From contig CM119271.1 of assembly GCA_051294375.1 (NCBI GenBank), positions 1,048,721-1,112,720 on the forward strand: a stretch of DNA of 64,000 nucleotides, written 5' to 3'. A program made the translations under genes and the position numbers. Position 1 is the stretch's first letter; every line of letters starts with the position of its first letter. The notes beneath the pieces were generated by a model. That model worked only from the letters and a program-made list of their open reading frames with translations, searched no databases and was not told the origin of the DNA. Source of the DNA: Paraspadella gotoi. Lineage: Eukaryota > Animalia > Chaetognatha. Positions 25,895 to 39,905 of the stretch are shown piece by piece.

Positions 25895-28292
25895 CGCCCC
25901 CCGTTTCGGACGCCAGGGGTTGATGGAGGCAACGTCTCTTAGGGAAAAGGAAAAGATTTCTGTGTGGAGGAGGGGAGGAAGGAGGAGGAGTGAGAGTCGA
26001 AAGAGGAGATGGGCTGGAAAGAAAAGTGGATGAAACAAACAGAATCCATCGTTGAGCGGCTCAATTCTGCCTCCGAATTTGAAAAATTCGGTCAGAAATC
26101 ATCGGGATCGATCAGTTCAAACCGGTTAACCACATGTTTTCCACAAAAACGACCCATTTCAGATTAAATTGCGAATTAGGTTTTAAAACGATTAGAGATA
26201 AAAAATTGGTTCATGAATTAGGTTAGGATAAAAGTTCGGGATTAGGTTAGTTAGTTTAGATTCGAGAATTAATGGATTAGGGTTAGGAGATTAAGTTAGG
26301 GATTAGGATTAAGGATTAAAGCATCTGGAAAAAAGATTAGAGTTGGAAATCTTAAGGTTATAATAAAGTTTAGGGATTAGGGACACAAGTTGGGAGCTTT
26401 AGAAAATAGTGCCAGTTGGATCACAATTTCGAATTTTCCTTCGAGCCGAACACAAGAGTATGTGGGAATACGACGTTCCAACTGATTTCCCAACTCGGGC
26501 CGACTCTGTCAAAACAACAACATTCTCCACAGACCATTTTCGCTCTTTGAAAAACATGCTCGGCCACCCTTTCCCTTTTGGAACAACATTCCTGCGCACC
26601 CTTTCTCTCTTTGGAACAACATTCCCTGCACCCTTTCCTCTTTTGAACAACATTAACGGCATCAAATCTTTGCTTCGCTGAGATCGCGAGAAAAGATCGG
26701 CTACCGATCATTCCTTTCCTTTCCCCGTCAATGTTTTGATACGGACGCAGGGATTTCTCTCTCTCTCTCGACTCCTCTCTCTCTACTCTCCTCTCTCTCT
26801 CCCTCTCCTCTCATCGCCTCTCATCGGAATGCATCTCAAGATTGACCCTTGAAATTATTTTATCTCCATCATCGCGGAAGAGATTTCATCGCCACATAAT
26901 CATCATCATCATCGCCTTTTTTTTTTTCTCTCTCTCCCCCTTGAGACAAGGATTGGTCCGGGGTAGCGGGGCCGTAAACAGAAGGACGGAGGGAAGCGGG
27001 GGGGAGAGGAGAAGGGGCGATCGAGGGTTGTGGGGGCGGCTAAGTAGCTATGGCCCCGGGGGAAGAACTCCCTCGACAACCCTTCTGCCCACTGCCCGAC
27101 CTTCTCTCCCCTAAAATGTAAAAAGGGGCAGGACGATTTCTTAATGGACGAACCAGTTACATAAAAAAAAACTGGGCCGGGGCGGGGAGAAAAAGATTTA
27201 TGGACAGGAGTGGGCATGGGACAGGGCAAGGGGCATTGTGGTCCAAAAATTTGAAAAGGATTCAAGATTTAAGGTTGAAATGAAGATTTTAAAAGATTGG
27301 TAAAAACTGTAAAGATATTTTGGTGTGGTATGGTTTTTCACGTATTTAGATCTGATTTTAAAATCATCATTCTCTGTCATGATTCCAAGTCTTCCTTTAT
27401 CTTGATTCTTGATTGTCATATTCCTGATTTCGATTACTAAAACTCGATATTCTTTTCTATCACTTATTTTGTATAAAGCAGCGCGAAAAAAAACCTAGAA
27501 GAATTCATGACGTTTTTTTCCTTTCGAGAGGGGAGGAGGGGAGAAGAGGAGGGAAAAGGGAGAGAAGAGGGGAATGGGAGGAGGGGAGAGAGAGGGAAAG
27601 GGGAGAAGGGGAGGAGAGAGGGGAGAGGAGTGGGGAGAGGAGGGGAGGAGAGAGGGGAGAGGAGAGAGAGGGGAGAGGGGAGCTAAGAGCGGGAGTGGGG
27701 GAGAGGAGGGCAAGAGAGAAGGGGAGCTGCGGGAGAGAGAGAAGAGAGGAAGTGTGAGAAGAAAGAGGAAGGGAGAGAAATGCGAGTGGGAAAACCTTTT
27801 CATGTAGTGATTTACTGACCGTGAAGCGGATTTTCCTCACCGGACATCAAGAGTTAAGGAAATCGTGAATTTGACAAACGGATGTGATCCCAGGAATTCC
27901 ATCCAGCGAGATCTGACGTCAGAAATAAAATGTGAATATTCTAGAGATGCCAATAATGACTTCACGGGTCAATAACTTTCACGAGTCAGTCACGTAATTT
28001 ACGTCCAGTGTTCGAGATCTGTCAACGGGCTTAGCGATGTCGACTGAGAAAAATCTCTTATAAATCATTTTGACAAGAAAAGTTGTTTATAGCAGAGCTT
28101 TGCGCGACGCTCGCACTCAACTGCACACAGCTATTCTCTTCATTCGGAGCACAATAGTAGATGATATTGGTGGATGTTCTTGTTTAAGGTTAAGACATAA
28201 GGAAAGAATCTTCGTAAAAGCAGACAATATGTTTTTGGCAGCAATTCCACAGAGCGAGTCGCCACTCTCAAATTATCATTTATAAGCGGTTT

Positions 28293-28325
28293 ACTTACAC
28301 ACGGAGGGGGGAAGAAGAGAGAGAT
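28293..28325 (+). other. Garbled SMRTbell adapter-like sequence, second copy; centre of the ~16 kb fold-back
   Basis: Same sequence as 17400-17432. Confidence 0.75.
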
Positions 28326-28334
28326 TCTTGTTTT

Positions 28335-29772
28335 TTTTTATAAATGATAATTTTGAAGAGTGGCGACTCGCTCTGTGGAATGCTGCCAAAAAATATTTGT
28401 TGCTTTTACGAGTATTTTTTTTCTTTATGTTCTTAACTAAACGAAAAACATCACCAATATTCATTCACTAGTCTTTGTCCCAAGAAAATACTTTCATTTA
28501 GTATCTACGTCCCAAATCGCCATAAACAACTTTTCTTGTCAAATGATTCATAAGAATTTTTCTCAGTCACATCGCTAAGCCCGTGTTTTGTACAGAGCGT
28601 CAACACTGACGTAATTACGTGACGTGACTCGTGAAAAGTTATGACGCCGTGAAGTCATTAGTGCATCTTGAATATTCACATTTTATTTCTGACGTCAGAT
28701 CTCGCTGATGGAATTCCTGGGATCACATCCGTTTGTCAATTCACGATTTCCTTAACTCTTGATGTCGTGAGGAAAATCGTTCACGTCGTAAATCACTAAT
28801 GAAAAAGGTTTTCCACTCGCATTTCTCCCTTCCTCTTTCCTTCTCACACTTCCTCTCTTCTCTCTCTCCCCGCCCTCTCTTCTCTCTTTGTCCCTCCTCT
28901 CCCCACTTCGCTCTAGCTCCCCTCTCCCCTCTCTCTCCTTCCCTCTCTCTCTCCTCTCCCCACTCCTTTCCCCTCTCTCTCCCTCTCCTTTCCCTCTCTC
29001 TCCCTCTCCCATCCCCTCTCTCTCCCTTTCCTCTCTCTCCCCTCTCTCTCCTCTCGAAAGAAAAAACGTCATGAATCTTCTAGGTTTTTTTTCGCGCGTT
29101 TTTTGCCCCAAACATAAATAATGTGGAGAAGAAGAGAATCGAGGTTTTAGAATCGAAAATCAGGAATTGACAATCAAGAATCAAGGGGGATAAAGGAAGA
29201 CTTGGAATCATGAACAGAGAATGAGATTTTTAAAATCAGATAAAACTCGAAAAACGTTTTCAATTATCAGCGACCAAAAAGTATTCTTTACAGTTTTTAC
29301 CAATCTTTTTAAAATCTTCATTTCAACCTTAAATCTTAATCCTTTTTCAAATTTTTGACCACAATGCCCCTGCCCTGTGCCCAGTGCCCACTCCTGTCCA
29401 TAAATCTTTTTCTTCCCGCCCCGGCCCAGTTTTTTTTTATCGTAACTGGTTCGTCCATTAAGAAAATCGTCCTGCCCCTTTTTACATTTTAGGGGAGAAG
29501 GTCGGGCAGTGGGCAGAGGGTTGTCGAAGGGAGTTCTTCCCCCGGGGCCATAGCTACTTAGCCGCCCCCACAACCCTCGATGCCCCTTCCTCTTTCCCCC
29601 CCGCTTCCCTCCGTCTTCTGTTTACGCCCCGCTACCCCTGACCAATCCTGTCTCAAGGGGGAGAGAGAGAAAAAAAAAGCGATGATGATGATGACGATGA
29701 AAATCTCTTCCGCGATGATGGAGTATAAATAATTTCAAGGGTCAATCTTGAGATGCATTCTGAGAGAGGGGG

Positions 29773-29813
<41 letters not shown>

Positions 29814-31873
29814 TCCCTGGTCCGTATCAAAACATTGACGGGGAAAGGAAAGGAATGATCGGTAGCCGATCTTTTCTCGCGATCTCAGCGAAGAAAGATT
29901 TGATGCCGTTAATGTTGTTCCAAAAGAGGAAAGGGTGGCAGGGAATGTTGTTCCAAAAGAGGAAAGGGCGGCAGGGAATGTTGTTCCAAAAGAGGAAAGG
30001 GTGGGCGAGCATGTTTTTCCAAAGAGGAAAATGGTCTGTGGAGAATGTTGTTGTTTTGACAGAGTCGGCCCGAGTTGGGAAACTCAGTTGGTAGCGTCGA
30101 TTCCCAAGACTCTGTGTTCGGCTCGAAGGAAAATTCGAAATTGTGATCCAACTGGCACTATTTTCTAAAGCTCCCAACTTGTGTCCCTAATCCCTAAACT
30201 TTATTATAACCTTAACATTCAACCCTAATCTTTTTTCCAGATGCTTTAATCCCTTAATCCTAATCCCTAACTTAATCTCCTAACCCTAATCCATAATCTC
30301 GAATCTAAACTAACTAACCTAATCCCGAACTTTTATCCTAACCTAATTCATGAACCAATTTTTATCTCTAATCGTTTAAAACCTAATTCTGCATTTAATC
30401 TGAAATGGGTCGTTTTTGGAAAACATGGTGGTTAACTGGTGAACTGATCGATCCGATGATTTCTGACCGAATTTTCAAATTCGGAGGCAGAATTGAGTCA
30501 ACGATGATTCTGTTGTCTTCATCACTTTTCTTTCCAGGCCATCTCCTCTTTCGCCTCATCCTCCTCCTCCTCCTCCTCCTCCTCTCACACAGAAATTCTT
30601 TTCCCTTTTCCCAAGAGACGTTGCCCTCCATCAACCCCTTGCGTTCGAAACGGGGGGGGCAGGCGGCGCGAAAGGGAGATGAGGGTTTGGTATGAGAAAA
30701 TTTTATTTGGGGACGGGGAATGAGGCAAAAGGGGGGGACGTTGAAATGCATTAAGGGGGAGTTGAAATGAGAAAAGGGCGGGAGGTTCGGAATGATTAAT
30801 GGGGTAGTTTGAAATGGGATTCGACCATGAGAGGGGGAGTTGGAAATGAGAATAGGGGGAGTTGAAATGAAGAAACGGGGGGAGTTATGAAAGTGGGAAT
30901 GTGAATGAGATGAATGGAGAGAGGTATGAATGAGAAGGGGGGAGTTGAAATGAGAAAGGGGAGATTGATTAGAAACGAGAATGAAGAGAAAGGGGGAGTT
31001 TGATGAGAAAGGGGACGGAGTTGAACATGGGAAAGGGCGAGTTGAAATGAGAAAGGGCGAGAGTTAAAATGAAGAAAGGGGGAGTTTTGAAATTGAGAAA
31101 GGAGGGAGATTGAAATGAGATAAGGGGGGAGTTTGAAATGGAGGGGGATTTCATTTGAGAGAGGGAGGAGTTGATAATGAGAAATGGGGAAGTTGAAATG
31201 CAGAAGGGGGGAGTTGAAATGAAGTAACGAGGGGAGTGAGTTGAAATGAGAAAAGGGGTGGAGTTGAATTGAGCAAATGTGGAGTTGAAATGAGAAAGTG
31301 CGAGTTGAATATTAGAAAGGGGGGAGTTGGAAATATTTGTTCGGAAACTAATTTCAAGCAGAGAAGATTATAATTTATTTTCACTTTTTTTACTTTTAGC
31401 CAAAAAGAAGCTAGGAAGCAATAAAAATTTTAAAAAATTAACAGTAGAAAATAAACACACAAACAAACAGCAATTTTTCTCAGATGCCCAGACTAACGTC
31501 ACTTGTCCCGTACTTAATCCTATCCGTGATTTTATATTTTTTTTTGAGATGGTTACGCCTGATATAAGATCCATATCTCTCACTCTCTCTCACTCACTTA
31601 CTTTTTTCGTTCTCTCTCGTTCTTACTCTCTCTCTCTCTCTCTCTCTCTCTCCTTCTCCCTCTCTCTTTCGCCATCTCCTCCCACTATTACAGTGGTTTC
31701 GTTTTTTTCTGCCCTAACGGGAGCGACGACGGCGGTGGTAGCGGCGGCGGCGGCAGCGGCGTCGGCGGCAGCAGCGGCGGCAGCGGCGTAGGGGGGGGGG
31801 TAGCGGCGGCCGAGGCGATGAAAATCTCTACCATTTTTTGACGCCAATTCGAACCCAACGGAGCGAGAGAGAA

Positions 31874-31904
<31 letters not shown>

Positions 31905-33806
31905 CTCAGAAAGGCGATATCGATATTGACAAACAAAAACAAGAGAGAGAGATATTTTTCTTTGCCCCTGGAGAGTTTTGCAAGAAAAACATTCAAAGGT
32001 AAAAGCGTTTGAGCTTTTAAACCTGTATTGCCGATAGTAATGGTATTTATAGTGTTGTTATTTAATAATTGATAATTTCAACCACATGTGAAGAAAATCT
32101 TGATATTTAATAAACGCAACGGCGCGCGAATAATAAAGTATAACTCAGTAAATTAGATAATCAATTATTCGTTCTGCTTAACTTTTTCCACTTCTGACTT
32201 TTCACTCATTTTTTTTACTAACGAAGGAAGTAGACATCTTTACATTTATATTTTCTCTACTTAATTTTTTACGCCTTCATTTTATCTTTTCGTCTTCCCA
32301 ATTCTTATTAGTTTAATTTAATTAAGCTTTATCTCTTCCCCTGTACCATCAAGTTTTATAACCGTTGAATAACCAACGATAATATTATAAACTGTATAAA
32401 GTCTATAGAGGTTTGTTATTGTTTTTTGTTTTTTTCATTTTTAAAAAAACTCTTTAAAGTCGATCTCGTTAATTCCAACTCTTCGCTATATCCGTCGTTC
32501 CTCGTAATAACTTTTCACTTTTTTTCGACTAGCGATGGAATATTTATTCGTTTTTCATCCTTTGGGGCAGAAACGGGCAGAAAGCGGGCAGAAAGCGAAG
32601 GCCCCTTTAAGCGCTGAGGATGAAATATTACCCGACGCGGATCAGAGGGCCGCGTGCCATAACGGGGCTGTGCCTTTAGATCTCTCTNNNNNNNNNNNNN
32701 NNNNNNNNNNNNNNNNNNNNNNNNNNNNNNNNNNNNNNNNNNNNNNNNNNNNNNNNNNNNNNNNNNNNNNNNNNNNNNNNNNNNNNNNNNNNNNNNNNNN
32801 NNNNNNNNNNNNNNNNNNNNNNNNNNNNNNNNNNNNNNNNNNNNNNNNNNNNNNNNNNNNNNNNNNNNNNNNNNNNNNNNNNNNNNNNNNNNNNNTCTTC
32901 CCGCCTAATTGACGAAACCCGTTAATCGGTCAATACTCTATCCGTTTTGTTCTGAAGCCAAAAGAATATGATTAGTTTTAACGAAGCAAAAAGTTTGAGG
33001 ATCAAAGCAGAAAAAAATCCGCTCCTTATTAATTCTTAAAATTCTTTACGAATTTTTTGGTACTTATCGGTCCGTTCGTCCGCCTGTCTTTTTCCGAATG
33101 GCGTTCGGGTGTCCGTATGTCTGTCTCATCCCAGAGATTTTTAATTATTTATTTGATTTCGAAAGTTAAGTGTCCAGACTTGACAGTTGACACCTTCTTA
33201 AGAAGACGTTACTTTTATTGTTATTTATTCTTTTCTACCTTTTTTTTACAGATTTCGACCCAGGATCGAACCCACGGTTTAAACCAGTTGGGACTAAATT
33301 TATTATTTCCCATCGTCTTTGTACATTGAACATTTGCTTCAAACTTTCGACCTAATAGCTGAAAAGTCCAATGTTATATATTTACTATGAGTTCGTAATA
33401 GTTTACAAACACTCCAAGATAAAATAAAATGTGATAATCATCCGTGCGGCCCTTTTAACTTTTCTTCATTTTATTAATCTTCGTCGGCGTAGGACGGTGA
33501 GCTTTTTCTTTGCACTCAGGTCACACACAAAAGTCACACAGAAGTCGTGATTTTTCTAGTCTAATTAATGACAAATATCTGTTAAACTTAATGAATAATT
33601 TTCATCTCCTCGAGCTATTTCGTAAATTATATAAAAAAAGTCAGGAATACCACAAAATTGAACTTAAACTAATCCATGTCCTAAAATTAAATATCGTTTC
33701 CATCTTAAGTGATGCTCCTTCTTTTGACTCATTAATAATACTGGTTTTCAAGAAAAAAACTCACTTCCATTAGCTTTTAAAACAAATCGTCTCAAAAAAC
33801 TTTTTT

Positions 33807-33840
<34 letters not shown>

Positions 33841-34020
33841 NNNNNNNNNNNNNNNNNNNNNNNNNNNNNNNNNNNNNNNNNNNNNNNNNNNNNNNNNNNN
33901 NNNNNNNNNNNNNNNNNNNNNNNNNNNNNNNNNNNNNNNNNNNNNNNGAGAGAGAGAGAGAGTCACACAAAAATGCCGGTTCCTCCTCCCAGTTGTGAGG
34001 AAATTAAAAAATGTAAAATG
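28335..34020 (-). repeat. Inverted arm: reverse complement of 17995-28285, lacking the 4.26 kb insertion
   Basis: Mirror-image landmarks: 33-bp repeat (26560-26655 vs 29905-30030), 21-bp minisatellite, and the 'FLRRRYFYCYLFF' ORF on - at 18588-18854 and on + at 33057-33329. 'aacctgggggaggaaccgc' (~18016) mirrors 'gccggttcctcctcccagtt' (~33975). Confidence 0.92.
29908..30030 (+). repeat. 33-bp minisatellite, ~3.5 copies (AATGTTGTTCCAAAAGAGGAAAGGGTGGCAGGG)
   Basis: Direct tandem copies. Reverse-complement versions at ~15575-15695 and ~26560-26655. Confidence 0.9.
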
Positions 34021-34931
34021 ATACAAAAAGTTTTAAATTTTAAATTTTAATCGATTAGAAGACATTTAAAAGTTGTTTTTTGAGAAAACTTTGGTCTTTT
34101 CTGTCTGACGAGACAACCTATCGTATTGATTCGACGATAACAAATTTTTTTACTCAAAAGTGAAAAAAATTTCCGGGCAAAGTTTAAAGATTTCAATATT
34201 AAATTTTTACCGGTGATTGATTAGTATTTTTTATACATTTTTTTAAGTACGTTAACTAATGGATCATTTGGTGTCTTTTTCGTAACACTTTTTACTTTCC
34301 GAGTGAATTGGATTTCGACTCTTCGCCAGTTTTTTTGTGTTAGGGTAATTTGGCAATTTCATTATCACCTAGATTAATTAAATTTCTAAAGTCTTATAAA
34401 AAAAATTATTTCCACCCTTTTTGGATTTTTTAATTAATAAATTATCAACAAATGTCTATTACGGAGAAATTAGAGAAGTTTTATTGACGCAAATAATCTT
34501 TCGTAGTTAGCTTACGTTTATTCAGAGCTCTCTAATTTCCAATCTTATTTCTTCCATAACTACTATAAATAATCGTATCATATCGTAATTTTCTTCAAAA
34601 ATCCGCCCACTCTCATCCTTCTTTACAAAGGAGATGGAGGAAAAAATACTTAAAAAAATCTGTAACACTAAACCGAGACTTAGCCAAAGTTTTACGCTAA
34701 TTTTCCCCACTGGTCTCCCCCCTAACCACTCTCTCTCTCTCTCTCTCTCTNNNNNNNNNNNNNNNNNNNNNNNNNNNNNNNNNNNNNNNNNNNNNNNNNN
34801 NNNNNNNNNNNNNNNNNNNNNNNNNNNNNNNNNNNNNNNNNNNNNNNNNNNNNNNNNNNNNNNNNNNNNNNNNNNNNNNNNNNNNNNNNNNNNNNNNNNN
34901 NNNNNNNNNNNNNNNNNNNNNNNNNNNNNNN

Positions 34932-34966
<35 letters not shown>

Positions 34967-35982
34967 GTTTTTTCCCTCGAAATAATTTTGCCAAAGAATA
35001 AATATTGAATCCCCTCTGCCCCAAAACTGTTCCTGAATGATTATTGCCGCGTGTTCTTCTTCTTTTTCTTCTTCACTTTTTTTATTTTTATTTTCAAATT
35101 TTAAAAAGTCAAAAATTTAGAAAAAAAAAAAGAAATCTTTACAAAAAGTTTTTAAAAAATTAGTACAGAGGAAGAAGTCAAATATTTTTTCCGAGAAGTC
35201 AGGAAATTTTAACCTCGGGAAATTAGAATATATAAAGCATTTTTGACATAATACGCAAAACAGGATCAGATATTTTTCAGAAGCCCTGGCAAAGAAAAAA
35301 AAACTTTGTTGAGGTTAAGAAAACTTTACTAGCCGGCGGAATGACGGGGAAAACAGAAAAACAGAAAAACAGAAAAACAGAACGCTTTGAAAAGATTACA
35401 TTCTTAAGAAAGGGCTGCGAAATATCTTTTTTTTTTCTTTTCGGCTTTTTTCATTTTTTTTGGTTTTGATAAAATTTGAAGTTGAACCTCTGAACGGATC
35501 GATCCTCACAGGCGCGATTGAGCGTGCGTTAGACAACATCCGTCCAAAGATAACGCGAACTTCTTGTAAACAAAAACAACGTTAAAAAACTAGCTTACCG
35601 TTAGAAAAATACTTTACAGTAAATCAAGGCCGAAATCTTTTAAAGACGCTAAGCGATGATTCTACGGTAATTTTCTAAAATGTTTGTTATTATAGCGATC
35701 ATGAAGTCAGAGCGATACTTATGTGTTAAACATGTTGAAGGTTCGACTTTCATCTACGCAAAGGTAATATTTCAAACTTTAACAATTCTTTTAGTTAAAT
35801 TACTTGACTCTAACTATCTTCCTTAAAAAGTCAAACTCAAAAATTATGGTGAAAAAAATTGATTTTAATGCAAATTTCGTGTCAATTACGTTAATTATCC
35901 ATTTAGACGAAAAAGTCCGCCCATTCCTCGTTTTATACTCTCATTCTCTCTCTCTCTNNNNNNNNNNNNNNNNNNNNNNNNN

Positions 35983-36047
35983 CATTAGCTTTTTAAACAA
36001 ATCGTCTCAAAAAACTTTTTTAGAGAGAGAGAAGACGGATGGGAGAG

Positions 36048-36106
<59 letters not shown>

Positions 36107-37950
36107 GTCACACAAAAATGCCGGTTCTCCTCCCAGTTGTGAGGAAATTAAAAATGTAAAATGATACAAAAAAGTTTTAAATTTTAAATTTTAATCGATT
36201 AGAAGACATTTAAAAAGTTGTTTTTGAGAAAACTTTTGGTCTTTTTCTGTCTGACGAGACAACCTATCGTATTGATTCGACGATAACAAATTTTTTTACT
36301 CAAAAGTGAAAAAAATATTCCGGGCAAAGTTTAAAGATTTCCAATATTAAATTTTTACCGGTGATTGATTAGTATTTTTTATAATTTTTTAAGTACGTTA
36401 AATAATGGATCATTTTGGTGTCTTTTCGTAACACTTTTTTACTTTCCGAGTGAATTGGGATTTCGACTCTCGCCAGTTTTTTTTGTGTTAGGTAATTTGG
36501 CATTTCATTATCACCTAGATTAATTAATTTCTAAAGTGCTTATAAAAAAAATAATTTCACCCTTTTTGATTTTTTAATTAATAAATTATCACAATGTCTA
36601 TTACGAGAAAATTAGAGAAGTTATTGAGCGCAATATCTTTCGTAGTTAGCTTACGTTTTATTCAGAGCCTTTTCTAATTTTTCCAATCTTATTTCTTCCA
36701 TACACTCTATAATAATCGTATCATATCGGTAATTTTTCTTCAAAAAATCCGCCACTCTCATCCTTCTTTTACCAAAGGAGAGATGGAGGAAAAATCTTAA
36801 AAAAATCTGTAACACTAACCGGAGACTTAGCCAAAGTTTTACGCTACATTTTCCCCTACACTGGTTCCCCCCTAAGCCCACTCTCTCCTCCTCTTCTCAC
36901 TCTCTCTCTCTCTCTCTCTCTTCTCCTCCCTCTCTCTCTCTCTCTCCTCTCCTCGTTTTTTCCCTTCGAAAATAATTTTGCAAAGAATAAATATTGAATC
37001 CCCTCTCCCCAAAATGTTCTGAATGATTATGCCGCGTGTTCCTTCTTCTTTTTCTTCTTCACTTTTTTATTTTTATTTTCAAATTTTAAAAAGTCAAAAT
37101 TTAGAAAAAAAAAAAAGAAATCTTTACAAACAGTTTCTTAAAAAATAGTACAGAGGAAGAAGTCAAATATTTTTCCGAGAAGTTCAGGAAAATTTTAACT
37201 CGGAAATTAGAATATATAAGCATTTTTTGACATAATACGGCAAAAACAGGATCAGATATTTTTCAGAAGCCCTGGCAAAGAAAAAAAAACTTTGTTGACC
37301 GTAAGAAAACTTTACTAGCCGGCGAATGACGGGAAAACAGAAAAACAGAAAAACAGAAAACAGAACGCTTTGAAAAAGATTACATTCTAAGAAAGGGCTG
37401 GCGAAATATCTTTTTTTTTCTTTTCGGCTTTTTCATTTTTTTTGGTTTTGATAAAGATTTGAAGTTGAACCCTGAACTGGATCGATCTCACAGGCGCGAT
37501 TGAGCGTGCGTTAGACAACAATCCGTCAAAAGAGTAACGCGAACTCTTGTAAACAAAAACATACGATTTTTTTTTTTTTTAAAAAACTAGCTTACCGTTA
37601 GAAAAATACTTTAACAGTAAATCAAGCCGATAATCTTTTAAAGACGCTAAGCGATGATTCTACGGTAATTTCTAAAATGTTTGTTATTATAGCGATCATG
37701 AAGTCAGAGCGATACTTATCGTGTTAAACATGTTGAAAGGTTCGACTTTCATCTACGCAAAGGTAATCATTTCAAAACTTAACACATTCTTTTAGTTAAA
37801 TTACTTGACTCTAACTATCTTCTTAAAAAGTCAAAACTCAAAAATTATGGTGAAAAAATTGATTTTATGCAAATTTCGTGTCAATTACGTTAATTACTCC
37901 ATTAGACAGAAAAAGTCCGCCCATTCCTCGTTTACTATATCTTTTCTCTT
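35983..37950 (+). repeat. Direct duplicate of 33768-35957 (probable overfilled gap)
   Basis: Starts immediately after the 25-N gap at 35958-35982 and differs mainly by homopolymer indels. ORF 35804 'MTLTIFLKKSNSK' is mirrored by 37805 'MTLTIFLKSQNSK'. Confidence 0.93.
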
Positions 37951-37960
37951 CTCTCTCACT

Positions 37961-38003
<43 letters not shown>

Positions 38004-38429
38004 TCTCTCTTCTCTCTCACTCATTCCCCATTTTATGATTTGTGAATTGTTTTCACAATTTTCGAAAGAAAAAAAACTAATCCACATTTTTCTCGTGAAA
38101 TTTTTTTTTTAAATTCTAAATTATAGTCAGAGTTTTAATTAAGGTTTTCGTTTTCAAATCGCAAATACAAACTGAAAATTGCAGAGCAGGGAAATCCTTA
38201 CTAATAATCATTCTTTTGGTACTATTTCAAAAAGTTTAATATTAAAAATGAATGAAATTAAGTGATCCGCTTTTTAATTTTAATTTTTCTCTTTCTTTCT
38301 CATGTTTTCTTAAGTAGACGTCATCAGTGGATCTGAGCTGGTGTTAAACGGGCAGATGTACACACCAAATCTCAAACTAAAGATTAAAAAATTAAAACAA
38401 AACGTCAGAAAAAAGATTGAGAGAAATTC

Positions 38430-38539
<110 letters not shown>

Positions 38540-39337
38540 CAATCCCGTTCTTTCAATTTTTTTTAGCTTTTTTCGGCTTTCTACTACGAGCTTTTTTAAT
38601 CATAACTGAATTCTAAAAATATAGAATAAAGAATCCAGGAGCGTGATACTGATGATCATTAGTATCACATGGAAAAAGTTGACCCGTTCACCGCCTTCTC
38701 ACTCTTTCCTCCAAAATGTTTTTTTTTTCCAAAAGTTTTTTTCACAATTTTGATTCTCCTAAATTTTGCCAGGATTTCCAGATTTGTTTATTTTCGAGTT
38801 TTCGTTTTGTTAATTAATTTTTCTTCAAGATCGTTTAAAAGCATTTTATGGCGTATTATTTTAAATTGATTAATTCATCTTTATGCTTCAAATGAAATCA
38901 ACTACTTCTTCCCGCGAAACTCTTTCTTTAATGAAGAGTTCGACCTTGAACTTTGTAAGAAGAAATGGGCATGATGGTGGCGGATGAATCGAGAGGGTAG
39001 GGGTAGTGTAGTTGGAGTGAGTTGAAGGCAGCGGAACGCAGCGAAACGCAGCTTAGCGCCGCTCAGCGCAGCGGCAGAAATCGCGCGTTTTATTTTGAAC
39101 TTAAAAGTATAAGAGACGTATTTCTTATATCTCTTATTCCGAATAACAACTAATAATTTAATATCTTTTAATCAGATAACAAAAATCTTTATTAACTGGG
39201 TTGATGCAAAATGATTGCAGTGAAACGACGGGAGTGATATATCTTAAACGAGAGATATTAAGGGAAAAATAACATAAAGCGCATTAGAGTCAGAAATGTT
39301 GTGTTCTGAGTTCAGCATTACTGCTTTAGGAATGAAT

Positions 39338-39508
39338 GGGGCATTATGCTGCATTGAGTATAGCATTAGGGATGGGTGTGGCATTATGTTGCATTGAGTA
39401 TAGCATTAGGGATGGGTGGGGCATTACGTTGCATTGAGTATAGCATTAGGGATGGGTGGGGCATTACGTTGCATTGAGTATAGCATTAGGGATGGGTGGG
39501 GCATTATA
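39338..39508 (+). repeat. 40-bp minisatellite, ~4.2 copies
   Basis: 'gcattgagta' recurs at 39351, 39391, 39431 and 39471. Unit GCATTGAGTATAGCATTAGGGATGGGTGGGGCATTAYGTT. Confidence 0.97.
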
Positions 39509-39600
39509 CTGGGGCGTGGGTGGGAAAACTCAGGGGCGGAACAGATCGAAGAAAAGCAGGAAATGCTTCTTCGATTCAAACCAAACTTTTTGAATCTCAG

Positions 39601-39651
<51 letters not shown>

Positions 39652-39653
39652 CT

Positions 39654-39697
<44 letters not shown>

Positions 39698-39827
39698 AAA
39701 GATTCCCTTTCCTTGACTCGTCTCAATTTCTATTAATTTCCTGCCACGTTCTCTTTCTCTCGCAAGATGTTGACTATAAACAGAAGATGTAAATATTAGT
39801 CACAAGTTTTAAGCTCTTTTTTTTATT

Positions 39828-39905
<78 letters not shown>

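Larger units (their letters stand above)
17995..28860 (+). repeat. Copy B of ~11 kb tandem duplication
   Basis: Appears identical to copy A, including noisy stretches, up to ~25930. It then differs by scattered indels and matches again around the hairpin. Confidence 0.95.

Noticed and set aside
28285-28340. Fold-back centre as a natural hairpin telomere or giant foldback transposon
   Set aside because: The loop resembles the PacBio adapter, the arms are noisiest at the centre, and the identical structure was pasted twice beside 25-N gaps.
29855-30094. ORF with repeated MLFQKRKGWQG motif
   Set aside because: It is an in-frame 33-bp minisatellite; the frame is not preserved among the three copies and there is no recognisable domain.
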